Source of the DNA: an uncultured Alphaproteobacteria bacterium
GTDB taxonomy: Bacteria > Pseudomonadota > Alphaproteobacteria > HIMB59 > GCA-002718135
Reading direction: 5' to 3'
Assembly: GCA_902574475.1 (NCBI GenBank)
Contig: CACGNZ010000003.1
Span: 17,798-81,797 of the forward strand
Length of the DNA: 64,000 nt
A program made the translations under genes and the position numbers. The notes under the pieces are model-generated. The model did no database searches. It saw nothing but the letters and a program-made list of their open reading frames with translations, and was not told where the DNA came from. Of the stretch, positions 36,225-45,612 are shown piece after piece. Every line of letters begins with the position of its first letter. The stretch's first letter is position 1.

Positions 36225-36254
36225 TTTTAAAATTATAATTAAATTATTAAATTA

Positions 36255-37133
36255 ATGAAAAAAAGCATTATTTACTCATCTATACTTTTATTTTTTGCAG
36301 GAATATTTTTTGTAACCAATGATGCAATTATAAATTATCTATCTCAAACAGATGTAAAATTCTACCATTTCATTTTCTATGGAATACCTATTTATTTATG
36401 TTTTCCTTTTTATTTATTTATAAATGGATCTTTAAAAAAAAATATAAAATGCACTAATTATTTTCCACCTATTTTCAGAGGTTTTTTAAACATCCCTTTG
36501 CCATTTATTGCTTTTATAACTCTTGAACAAATTAAACTTCCAGAATTCACAACATTAAATATGACTGCACCATTGATGGGAACAATATTTGCTATTTTTT
36601 TACTAAATGAAAAATTAAATCTTTTAACATATATATCCTTGTTCATTGGTTTTTTAGGTGTGCTATTTGTTATACAGCCGGGATTTGAAAGTTTTAATAT
36701 TTATTACCTAATTGTACTGATAGGTGTATTCTTAATTACAGTTACAACATTTATTGTAAATAAATATAACCATGTAACTACAAATATTGGATATTTTCTT
36801 TATGGTGGTTTCTTTGTTCACTTTTTTTCAATACCTTTATTTTTAATAAATCCATTAAAAGTAAACTTTGTTGAATTTTTTTTAATATCAACTGCTGCAT
36901 TATTTATTAATTCAGCAATGTTCTTTGCAACAACTGCATTTAAGATTGCACAAAAACATTATGCGTCAGTATTTAGTTTAGTCTACCTCCAGGTGTTATG
37001 GTCATCATTAGTTGGAATATTTATATTTAATGAATATATGAATTTATATGCTTATATTGGAGCTATATTTATTGTTTTAAGTGGAATTGTTTCATTACCT
37101 TCACAAATAAAACAATTAAAGGAAGCAAATTAA
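36255..37133 (+). CDS. DMT-superfamily transporter, tandem paralogue 2
   Basis: See the previous feature. Same length class (292 vs 291 aa) and colinear conserved blocks. Confidence 0.7.
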   Translation: MKKSIIYSSILLFFAGIFFVTNDAIINYLSQTDVKFYHFIFYGIPIYLCFPFYLFINGSLKKNIKCTNYFPPIFRGFLNIPLPFIAFITLEQIKLPEFTTLNMTAPLMGTIFAIFLLNEKLNLLTYISLFIGFLGVLFVIQPGFESFNIYYLIVLIGVFLITVTTFIVNKYNHVTTNIGYFLYGGFFVHFFSIPLFLINPLKVNFVEFFLISTAALFINSAMFFATTAFKIAQKHYASVFSLVYLQVLWSSLVGIFIFNEYMNLYAYIGAIFIVLSGIVSLPSQIKQLKEAN

Positions 37134-37855
37134 TGTATAAAATTTTATTATTTTTATTTCTTTTCTTTTTTAGCTATAAATCTTTTTCTAACGAAGTTAA
37201 AATCTTAAATGAAACCATTGGCAATGGCTTAGAAGTAAAAAATCATTCAAAATTATCTGTCCATTACATTGGCAGACTAGAAGATAATACTATTTTTGAT
37301 AGTTCTTATGATAGAGGGCAATTATTTGATTTTCAAATAGGAGTAAGGAAAGTAATCCTAGGTTGGGAAACTGGGTTACTAGGAATGAAAGAGGGTGGAA
37401 AGAGAACAATATTTATTCCTTATCAATTAGCTTATGGTGAAAGTGGTGCAGGAAATTTAATTCCTCCAAAATCAAATCTTATTTTTGATATAGAAGTGAT
37501 AAAAGTAACTCCACCAGGGTATAAGGAGATAGATGGTTACCAATTAAAACTAGCGATGACCGATGATTTTAAAATTATAGATATTAGAAGTGAAGACCAA
37601 AGAACTAATAAAAATAAAATTCCAGGAGCCATTCAGATAACAGCATTTGATAATAATGGGAATTTTTTTCCTGATTTTTTTGAAAAGTATAAAGAAAATA
37701 TTCAAATAGGAGAGAAGGTTATTTTCATAAGTCAAAATGGAGACATATCATCAATATTAGCTAATGGATTTGTTGAACAACTAAATCAAACAAATATTTA
37801 TCATTTAAAGGACGGTGTATCAGGTTTAGAAAAAATAAATTTTGATTTTGAATAA
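37133..37855 (+). CDS. Secreted FKBP-type peptidyl-prolyl isomerase fused to a Cys-less rhodanese-like domain
   Basis: Signal peptide. FKBP block VHYIGRLEDNTIFDSSYDRG…GWETGLLGMKEGGKR…LIFDIEVIKV. Rhodanese-like IIDIRSEDQ…IPGAIQI…VIFISQNGDISS…LKDGVSG. Confidence 0.8.
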   Translation: MYKILLFLFLFFFSYKSFSNEVKILNETIGNGLEVKNHSKLSVHYIGRLEDNTIFDSSYDRGQLFDFQIGVRKVILGWETGLLGMKEGGKRTIFIPYQLAYGESGAGNLIPPKSNLIFDIEVIKVTPPGYKEIDGYQLKLAMTDDFKIIDIRSEDQRTNKNKIPGAIQITAFDNNGNFFPDFFEKYKENIQIGEKVIFISQNGDISSILANGFVEQLNQTNIYHLKDGVSGLEKINFDFE

Positions 37856-37857
37856 AA

Positions 37858-38661
37858 TTAAAAATCTATTTTTTTATTATTTTCAGCTGCATAATTAATA
37901 ATAAATTGCCATGCTGATCTCCCAGTTCTATTACCTCTTTGTAAACTCCATTTAATTGCTTCTTTTTCAGTCTTTTCATTAAAAGGTAATTTAAACTTTT
38001 CACAATACTTAAAAATTATTTCAACAAAATCATTTTGAGAAATATTATGAAAACCAATCCATAAACCGAAACGATCACTTAAACTTATTTTTTCTTCAAC
38101 ACTTTCATCTGTATGAATAGCAGAAGATCTTTCATTTTCTATCATATCTCTTGGCATTAAATGCCTTCTATTTGATGTAACATATAGAACTATATTTTTG
38201 GGTTGATTTTGTATACTCCCATCTAATGTTGATTTAATTATTTTGTAATCACTATCTATTTTTTCGAATGATAAATCATCAATAAAAATTATAAATTTAT
38301 AATTTTTTAAATTAGCATATTTTTCGTAAATAAATTCGATATCAAAAATATTATTTTTATTTAATTGAATTAATTTTAAATTTTTATTTTTTTTATTTAT
38401 TTCATAAAAAACTGATTTAATCAGAGAACTTTTACCATTCCCCCTGGATCCCCATAACAAAGCATTATTGGTAAAATTTCCTTCAGCAAAATTAATTGTA
38501 TTATTATAAATAGTTTTTTTTTGTCTTTCTATTCCAATTAATAGATCTAAATCTAAGCATCTAAAATATGAGATTATTTTAAGGTTTTTTATTTCACTAT
38601 CCCAAATAAATGCATTTGCTCTTGAGAGTGTAATATTAGATAAAAAATTGCTTAAAAACAT
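37858..38661 (-). CDS. DUF815-family P-loop ATPase
   Basis: Walker A LLWGSRGNGKSSLIKS, Walker B IIFIDDLSF. The position upstream of yajC-secDF is typical in Alphaproteobacteria. Confidence 0.75.
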   Translation of the reverse strand: MFLSNFLSNITLSRANAFIWDSEIKNLKIISYFRCLDLDLLIGIERQKKTIYNNTINFAEGNFTNNALLWGSRGNGKSSLIKSVFYEINKKNKNLKLIQLNKNNIFDIEFIYEKYANLKNYKFIIFIDDLSFEKIDSDYKIIKSTLDGSIQNQPKNIVLYVTSNRRHLMPRDMIENERSSAIHTDESVEEKISLSDRFGLWIGFHNISQNDFVEIIFKYCEKFKLPFNEKTEKEAIKWSLQRGNRTGRSAWQFIINYAAENNKKIDF

Positions 38662-38675
38662 AATAAATACTTTAT

Positions 38676-38702
38676 TTGATTTTTCTTATTACACAGTATA
38701 AT
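38676..38702 (+). promoter_or_regulatory. Candidate sigma70-type promoter for yajC-secD-secF
   Basis: TTGATT (38676-38681), 15-nt spacer, perfect TATAAT (38697-38702), 34 nt upstream of the yajC ATG. The spacer is shorter than optimal. Confidence 0.3.
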
Positions 38703-38736
38703 AAATCACTCAAATTAAATCATCATAGGTACTATT

Positions 38737-39078
38737 ATGGAAGCATTTGGAACATTTTTACCACTTATTTTAATATTTGTAGTTTTTTATTTTTTATTAA
38801 TTAGACCACAACAAAGAAAAGTTAAACAGCATAAAGAAATGCTATCTAATCTTAAAAGAGGTGATAAAATTGTCACTTCAGGTGGAATTATAGGCACTAT
38901 AAACAAGGTTGCTGATAATAGGGAATTAACTCTAGAAGTTGCAGATAATGTTGAAATAAAAATTGCATCAGGAATGGTTGCAGATTTATATGCAATGCCA
39001 GAAGTTCAAAAAAAAGAACCGACAAAAGAAGAGAATAAGAGTAAATCTGGCTTCTCTTTATTTTCTAGAAAAAAATAA
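38737..39078 (+). CDS. yajC: Preprotein translocase subunit YajC
   Basis: Single TM plus IRPQQRKVKQHKEMLSNLKRGDKIVTSGGIIG motif. Confidence 0.9.
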   Translation: MEAFGTFLPLILIFVVFYFLLIRPQQRKVKQHKEMLSNLKRGDKIVTSGGIIGTINKVADNRELTLEVADNVEIKIASGMVADLYAMPEVQKKEPTKEENKSKSGFSLFSRKK

Positions 39079-39089
39079 TTTTTTTATTA

Positions 39090-40640
39090 ATGAAAAATTA
39101 TCCTATCTGGAAATCATTTACTGTAATATCGTTAGTTCTATTAGGGATAATTTTTTCAATTCCTTCAATTATTTATGATGAAAATTCAGAAAATTGGTTT
39201 TTAAAAAATAAAATTAATCTAGGTTTAGACTTACAAGGTGGATCATATTTATTATTAGAAGTTCAACTAGATGTTTTATATAAAGAAGAATTAGATAATT
39301 TTGTTGATAGCGTTCGTTTGATTTCAAGAGATCAAGCTGTAAAAATTGAAAAAATTGATATTCAAGAAAATGAGGTTCTTGTATTTTTTGCTAACAAAGA
39401 GAAGATAAAAGATATTAGAGATAGTTTTTTCCAAATGTATAGAGGAGTTTCCTTACAAATTAGTAATAATAGACTTAGTATAAAGTTAAATGATGAATAT
39501 AGAAAAATTATTCAAGATTCAGCAATTAAGCAATCACTTGAAATTGTTAGAAAAAGAATTGATGAATCAGGTACTAAAGAACCTCTAATCCAAAGATCTG
39601 GTAAAAAGAGAATACTTTTACAATTACCAGGAGTAAAAGACCCAGAAAGAATTAAAGATTTATTAGGTAAAACTGCAAAACTTACTTTTCATATTGTTGA
39701 TGATGAAAATACATCAGCTTTACAAAATAATTTAGCCCCATTTGGTAAAATTATTGTTTTAGACATCTATGATGAAAATATTAAATATTTATTAGATAAA
39801 AGATCAGTTGTAGGTGGAGAGAATTTAGTGGATGCCAAAGGTTCATTTGATCAAACAGAAGGTCATGCTGTATCATTTCGTTTTGATACAGAAGGTGCTC
39901 AAAAATTTGGTAAAGTAACAACAAATAATATTGGTAAAAGAATGGCTGTTCTTTTAGATGGTGTTGTTATTACAGCCCCTAGAATTAATAGCGCAATAAC
40001 AGGCGGGTCTGGAATCATTACAGGTAATTTTAATGCCCAAGAAGCAGCAGATCTCGCTGTACTATTAAGAGCTGGTGCCTTACCTGCACCTTTAGAAATA
40101 GTTGAAGAAAGATCAGTAGGCGCTGGTTTAGGAGCAGACTCTATAGCTGCAGGTCAAATAGCTGCTATCATTGGTATGGTCTTAGTGTGTGTATTTATGA
40201 TACTCATCTATGGAACATTTGGCGCTCTTGCTAACGTTTCGTTAATAGTAAATTTATTTATAATTATTTCATTATTAGGAACAATTGGAGCAACATTGAC
40301 GTTACCTGGTATAGCCGGAATAGTATTAACAATTGGAATGGCAGTAGACGCAAATGTTCTAATTTTTGAAAGAATTAAAGAAGAAAGTCTAAAACAAACA
40401 AAAGTTTTTCAGATTGTAAAAAATGGCTTCGACAGAGCCATGTCAACTATACTTGATGCCAATATTACAACTCTTATTGCTGCCGTGTTACTATTTGCTT
40501 TTGGCTCTGGTCCAATAAGAGGTTTTTCAATTACACTATCTTTAGGTGTGATAGCATCAATGTTCACAGCTTTAATGCTTACAAATTTTTTAGTATATAT
40601 GTACTTATCATTTGCAAATAAAAAGGAATTAAAACTATAA
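39090..40640 (+). CDS. secD: Protein translocase subunit SecD
   Basis: 516 aa. GLDLQGG periplasmic-domain start and C-terminal 6-TM RND-like block. Confidence 0.95.
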   Translation: MKNYPIWKSFTVISLVLLGIIFSIPSIIYDENSENWFLKNKINLGLDLQGGSYLLLEVQLDVLYKEELDNFVDSVRLISRDQAVKIEKIDIQENEVLVFFANKEKIKDIRDSFFQMYRGVSLQISNNRLSIKLNDEYRKIIQDSAIKQSLEIVRKRIDESGTKEPLIQRSGKKRILLQLPGVKDPERIKDLLGKTAKLTFHIVDDENTSALQNNLAPFGKIIVLDIYDENIKYLLDKRSVVGGENLVDAKGSFDQTEGHAVSFRFDTEGAQKFGKVTTNNIGKRMAVLLDGVVITAPRINSAITGGSGIITGNFNAQEAADLAVLLRAGALPAPLEIVEERSVGAGLGADSIAAGQIAAIIGMVLVCVFMILIYGTFGALANVSLIVNLFIIISLLGTIGATLTLPGIAGIVLTIGMAVDANVLIFERIKEESLKQTKVFQIVKNGFDRAMSTILDANITTLIAAVLLFAFGSGPIRGFSITLSLGVIASMFTALMLTNFLVYMYLSFANKKELKL

Positions 40641-41539
40641 TGTTTGGTTTAAATAAAATTATTCCTGTTGAACCTAATATTAATTTTTTAGGTTTAAGAA
40701 GAAATTTTTTAATTTTTTCTATTTTAGCAATGCTAATTTCAATTGTTTTATTAAGTATAAAAGGTTTAAATCTAGGTATTGATTTTAAAGGAGGTACTTT
40801 AATAGAGGTTAGTACAAAAAATACTTCAATTGGAGAATTAAGAGAAATTTTATCTTCTTCTTATAGTGATGTATCTTTACAAGAATTTGGTAATGAAAAT
40901 ATTATTTTGATTAGGCTTCAAAATAAAAGTAATCAAGAAAGTATTGAAACTGTTAATTCTGTTAAAAATTTAATTCAAGATAAAGTTGTTGAATTTAGGA
41001 GATCTGAATTCGTAGGGCCCACAATTAGTTCTGAGCTATTGTTTCGAGGATTTCAAGCAGTCTCTTTTGCATTAATTGCTATTTTAATTTACATCTGGCT
41101 GCGTTTTGAATGGCAATTTGGTTTTGGGGCAGTTGTAGCATTAACTCATGATGTATTATTTACTCTTGGATTACTCTCTATTTTAAATGTAGAATTTTCT
41201 CTAGCAACAATAGCTGCAATTCTAACAATTGCTGGTTATTCCATTAATGATACAGTTGTAATATTTGATAGAGTACGTGAAAATTTGAGAAAATATAAAA
41301 AGTTAGAGTTAGTAGATCTATTTAATTTATCAGTTAACAATACTTTATCCAGAACTATAATGACAAGTTTAACTACACTTCTTGCTTTAATATCTTTATT
41401 TATTTTTGGAGGAGAGGTTATTAGGCCCTTCGCTTTAACAATGATTATAGGTGTAATAATTGGAACATATTCATCTGTTTTTATTGCGGTCCCAACTTTA
41501 TTAATCTTTAAGTTTAGACCGCAAGATGAAGATGATTAA
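40640..41539 (+). CDS. secF: Protein translocase subunit SecF
   Basis: GIDFKGGT, YSINDTVVIFDRVREN. 1-nt overlap with secD. Confidence 0.95.
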   Translation: MFGLNKIIPVEPNINFLGLRRNFLIFSILAMLISIVLLSIKGLNLGIDFKGGTLIEVSTKNTSIGELREILSSSYSDVSLQEFGNENIILIRLQNKSNQESIETVNSVKNLIQDKVVEFRRSEFVGPTISSELLFRGFQAVSFALIAILIYIWLRFEWQFGFGAVVALTHDVLFTLGLLSILNVEFSLATIAAILTIAGYSINDTVVIFDRVRENLRKYKKLELVDLFNLSVNNTLSRTIMTSLTTLLALISLFIFGGEVIRPFALTMIIGVIIGTYSSVFIAVPTLLIFKFRPQDEDD

Positions 41540-42132
41540 GCGTTATTTAAGTTTTCTGTAACTTTTTCCCAATTAACTAAATTATCAATAAAAGCTTTTA
41601 AATAATCAGGTCTTCTGTTTCTATAATCAACATAATATGAGTGTTCCCATACATCACATCCAAGTAGAGGAGTGTGACCATGTACGATTGGGTTTTCTCC
41701 ATTTGGTGTTTTAGTAATTTCTAATTTTCCATTATTTAGAACTAACCAACACCAACCTGATCCAAATTGACCAATACCTGCATTTATAAAATCTTCTTTC
41801 ATCTTTTCAACTGAACCAATGTCTGAATTTATTTTATTTTCGAGCTCAGAGGGAATTTTACCATTTGGATTATTTTTCATTACTTCCCAAAAATGAACAT
41901 GATTTATATGTTGTGCCACATTGTTGAATACTGGAGCATTTTTTTGATAAGAGTTGATTACAATATCATTAACATTGTCATCTTCTATATTTTGTTCTTT
42001 AATAAACTTATTTCCATTAGTAATGTAAGCCATGTGATGCTTATCATGATGAAACTCTAAAGTTTCAGCCGACATATACGGCATTAGAGCATCTTTACTG
42101 TAGGGTAGATCTGGTAACTCTAGATTTATCAT
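41536..42132 (-). CDS. sodB: Fe/Mn superoxide dismutase (Fe-type features)
   Basis: LPDLPY, FHHDKHH, DVWEHSYY metal-ligand motifs. Confidence 0.95.
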   Translation of the reverse strand: MINLELPDLPYSKDALMPYMSAETLEFHHDKHHMAYITNGNKFIKEQNIEDDNVNDIVINSYQKNAPVFNNVAQHINHVHFWEVMKNNPNGKIPSELENKINSDIGSVEKMKEDFINAGIGQFGSGWCWLVLNNGKLEITKTPNGENPIVHGHTPLLGCDVWEHSYYVDYRNRRPDYLKAFIDNLVNWEKVTENLNNA

Positions 42133-42147
42133 TTTATTTCCTTTGAT

Positions 42148-44952
42148 TTATAAAATTTTCTTTAAAAATTCACCTGTATAGCTTTTTTTATTATTTGCAA
42201 TATCTTCAGGTGTTCCTGTTCCAACAATTTGACCGCCATTAACACCTCCCAGTGGACCAAGATCAATTATATGATCAGCTGTTTTAATAACATCAAGATT
42301 GTGCTCAATAACGATTACAGTGTTTCCTTCATCAACAAGCGTATGAAGAATTTTAAGTAATTTTTTAACATCATCAAAATGAAGACCAGTTGTTGGCTCA
42401 TCAAGAATATATAATGTTTTTCCTGTAGATCTTTTTGATAATTCTTTTGATAATTTTATTCTTTGAGCCTCGCCACCAGATAAAGTAGTAGCTGATTGAC
42501 CTATTTTTATATAATCTAATCCAACATCCATTAGGGTTTGTAATTTTTGCTTTATTGCGGGAATTTTATCGAAAAATTTATAACCCTCCTCAACAGTCAT
42601 TTCTAAAACATCTGAAATGGATTTATCTTTATATTTTACTTCTAAAGTTTCTCTATTATACCTTTTTCCTTTGCAAATATCACATTCGACATAAACATCA
42701 GCTAAAAAATGCATTTCTATTTTTTTTACTCCATCTCCTTCACATGATTCACATCTTCCGCCCTTAACGTTAAATGAAAAACGACCTGGTTTATAACCTC
42801 TAGCACTAGATTCATTTAAGTTTGCAAACCAATCTCTAATAGGAGTAAAACATCCTGTATATGTTGCTGGGTTTGATCTTGGTGTTCTTCCAATTGGAGA
42901 TTGATCAATATCAATTACTTTATCGATATGATTGATACCTTTAAAGTTAAAACGACTTTCATCTTTATTTAAAGATTTATTGAAATAGTCATCTAACCTT
43001 TGATACAATGTATCAATAATTAATGAAGATTTACCACTTCCAGATACACCCGTCACAGTAATAAAATTCCCTAAAGGTAAAGCGATATTAAGATTATCTA
43101 AGTTGTTTGTTTTTATTTTATTAAGTTTAAAAACTTTATTTTTATTAAATTTTCTTCTATTTTTTGGAACTTCTATTTCTAAGGATTTATTCAAATATTT
43201 TGCTGTTAAACTTTTATTGTTTTTTAGTATTTTTTTAAGTCCTCCCTCAGCAATTATGTGACCTCCATTAACGCCAGCCTTAACACCTATATCAATTATA
43301 TGATCAGATTGTCTAATTGCATCTTCATCATGCTCAACAACAATTACTGTATTACCTAAATCTCTTAATCTAAATAAAGTTTCAATTAGTTGTTGATTAT
43401 CTTTTTGATGTAACCCAATAGAGGGTTCGTCTAAAACATACAACACTCCTGTTAATCCAGAACCAATTTGACTTGCTAATCTAATTCTTTGACTTTCACC
43501 TCCAGATAAAGTTTTACTAGCTCTTGCCAATGATAAATAATCTAAACCAACTCTATTTAAAAAAACTAACCTATCTTTTATTTCTTTAATTACTCCTTCA
43601 GCAATTTTTTTATTATTTTTATCAAGTTTACTTTCAAGTGATGAAAACCAGTGTAAACATTCGCTAATTGATTTTTTAGTAATATTACCAATATGATTTT
43701 CATCAATTCTTACAGCTAAAGCTTTCTCGTTAAGACGGTAACCATTGCAGACTTCACAGTCTCTTTCAGATAAATATTTTTCTAATTCATACTGAAGCCA
43801 CCATCTCTCAGTTTCCTCATATTTCCGATCAATAAAGTTAATTATTCCTTCAAAATCATATAAAAAGTTTAGTTCACTATTCTCATCTCCATAAAGAATT
43901 ATATTTTTAACCTTTTTTGGAATTTCACTCCATGGTACATTTTTCTTTACTTTAAATTGTTTTAAAATTTTATCTATTGTTTCAACAAAATATTTTTTTT
44001 GGTAACCAAATACTTTTGTTTCCCAAGGTTTAATAGCTCCATCAGAAATTGATCTAGTTTCATCAGGTATAATTTTGTATTCATCAAAATATTTTTCAAC
44101 TCCTAGTCCATCACATTCAGAGCAAGCACCTTGTGGAGCATTAAAGCTAAATAATCTAGGTTCGATTTCTTCAATACTAAATCCAGATACAGGACATGCA
44201 AATTTTGATGAGAATATTGATATTTTATTTGTATCTAGATTTTCTAAATACAATAAACCATCTGATAGTGTTAACGCGACTTCTATACTTTCACTCAGTC
44301 TTTGTTGGATATTTTTTTTTACAACAAGTCTATCAATCACAACATCAATATTGTGTTTAAAATTTTTTTTAAGTGAAGGCACTTCATCAATATCATAGAC
44401 AACATTATCTACTTTAAGTCGTTGATACCCTCTTTTTTTTAAATCTTCGATTTCTTTTCGATACTCACCTTTTCGATCTCTAACTATTGGAGATAAAATA
44501 TAAATTCTTTTATCAATATTATTTTTAATTATAAGATCAGTCATTTCACTTACTGATTGTGATTTAATTGGTTTACCTGTTGTTGGAGAGTAGGGAACTC
44601 CTACTCTAGCATAAAGAACTCTTAAGTAGTCATAAATTTCAGTAACGGTTCCAACAGTACTACGAGGATTTTTTTGTGTTGTTTTTTGTTCAATAGATAT
44701 TGCTGGTGATAAACCATCAATGCTATCTACATCGGGCTTATTCATCATTTGGAGAAATTGTCTTGCATACGCTGAAAGACTTTCAACATATTTTCTTTGT
44801 CCTTCAGAATAAATTGTATCAAATGCTAACGTCGATTTTCCTGAGCCGCTTACACCAGTTATTACTACAAGTTTATTTTTTGGTATTTCTAAGTTGATAT
44901 TTTTAAGATTGTGTTCTCTTGCACCTTTTATAACAATTTTATCTAAATTCAT
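42148..44952 (-). CDS. uvrA: Excinuclease ABC subunit UvrA
   Basis: 934 aa. Two ABC modules ([24 protein letters not shown]; LSGGE x2) and CxxC zinc modules. Confidence 0.97.
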   Translation of the reverse strand: MNLDKIVIKGAREHNLKNINLEIPKNKLVVITGVSGSGKSTLAFDTIYSEGQRKYVESLSAYARQFLQMMNKPDVDSIDGLSPAISIEQKTTQKNPRSTVGTVTEIYDYLRVLYARVGVPYSPTTGKPIKSQSVSEMTDLIIKNNIDKRIYILSPIVRDRKGEYRKEIEDLKKRGYQRLKVDNVVYDIDEVPSLKKNFKHNIDVVIDRLVVKKNIQQRLSESIEVALTLSDGLLYLENLDTNKISIFSSKFACPVSGFSIEEIEPRLFSFNAPQGACSECDGLGVEKYFDEYKIIPDETRSISDGAIKPWETKVFGYQKKYFVETIDKILKQFKVKKNVPWSEIPKKVKNIILYGDENSELNFLYDFEGIINFIDRKYEETERWWLQYELEKYLSERDCEVCNGYRLNEKALAVRIDENHIGNITKKSISECLHWFSSLESKLDKNNKKIAEGVIKEIKDRLVFLNRVGLDYLSLARASKTLSGGESQRIRLASQIGSGLTGVLYVLDEPSIGLHQKDNQQLIETLFRLRDLGNTVIVVEHDEDAIRQSDHIIDIGVKAGVNGGHIIAEGGLKKILKNNKSLTAKYLNKSLEIEVPKNRRKFNKNKVFKLNKIKTNNLDNLNIALPLGNFITVTGVSGSGKSSLIIDTLYQRLDDYFNKSLNKDESRFNFKGINHIDKVIDIDQSPIGRTPRSNPATYTGCFTPIRDWFANLNESSARGYKPGRFSFNVKGGRCESCEGDGVKKIEMHFLADVYVECDICKGKRYNRETLEVKYKDKSISDVLEMTVEEGYKFFDKIPAIKQKLQTLMDVGLDYIKIGQSATTLSGGEAQRIKLSKELSKRSTGKTLYILDEPTTGLHFDDVKKLLKILHTLVDEGNTVIVIEHNLDVIKTADHIIDLGPLGGVNGGQIVGTGTPEDIANNKKSYTGEFLKKIL

Positions 44953-45009
44953 GAATATTAGTGTTATCTAATAACGTTAATATGTTATATGGATATATAT
45001 AGAATTCTT

Positions 45010-45483
45010 ATGGTTGGTAGTGTTAATAAAACAATTTTATTAGGAAACTTGGGTAGAGATCCTGAAATTAGATCTATGCAATCTGGTGCTAAAATGGCTT
45101 CATTTTCTATTGCAACTTCAAAAAGGTGGAAAGATAGAAACACTCAAGAGCAAAAAGAGAAAACATCATGGCATAATATCGTAGTTTTTGGAGACGGCTT
45201 AGTCGATATAGTAGAAAAATATGTAAAAAAAGGCTCTAAAATTTATGTTGAAGGAGAGCTACAAACTAGGAAATGGCAAGATAAAGATGGTAATGACAGA
45301 TATACTACAGAGGTTATTTTACAGGGTTATAATTGTAATTTGACCCTTCTAGATAGTAGAAATAATAATTCTCAGGTATCTGATAATTCTCAAGAAATGG
45401 ATCAATCTAAACCAATTGAAGACAATTCTTTTGGAAATCAATCAGGTGATTCTGAGGATTTAGATGAAGATATCCCTTTTTAA
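45010..45483 (+). CDS. ssb: Single-stranded DNA-binding protein
   Basis: MVGSVNKTILLGNLGRDPE OB-fold start, C-terminal acidic tip DEDIPF. ATG 45010 is preferred over the track start 44989. Confidence 0.95.
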   Translation: MVGSVNKTILLGNLGRDPEIRSMQSGAKMASFSIATSKRWKDRNTQEQKEKTSWHNIVVFGDGLVDIVEKYVKKGSKIYVEGELQTRKWQDKDGNDRYTTEVILQGYNCNLTLLDSRNNNSQVSDNSQEMDQSKPIEDNSFGNQSGDSEDLDEDIPF

Positions 45484-45612
45484 TTTTTTGTGTTAGATAT
45501 TATTATTTAATTACTGAAAAATATAGTTTTTTTAATATAATTTAATCATTTATTTATATTGGTTTAAATTGTGCTTTTTGATATAAAAAATACTTAATTT
45601 TTCTTAGAAAAC

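Noticed and set aside
38963-39178. 71-aa ORF bridging the yajC 3' end and the secD 5' end.
   Set aside because: It is out of frame with two confidently identified genes and covers the 11-nt spacer. It has no motif, so it is most likely spurious.
42555-44897. Plus-strand ORFs inside uvrA (42555..42767, 44075..44398, 44700..44897). Similar ones occur inside gyrA (46782..46973, 47571..47897, 48052..48324), recG (49802..49996), mfd (51942..52139, 52536..52721, 53337..53522, 53677..53958) and tmk (60736..60957).
   Set aside because: They are embedded in well-conserved housekeeping genes on the opposite strand or in another frame. Nothing supports coding.
44953-45009. Possible SOS (LexA) box in the classic uvrA<>ssb divergent spacer.
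   Set aside because: I found no GTTC-N7-GTTC / GAAC-N7-GAAC (alphaproteobacterial) or CTGT-N8-ACAG (gamma-type) motif. Only A+T-rich sequence such as AACGTTAATATGTT is present.
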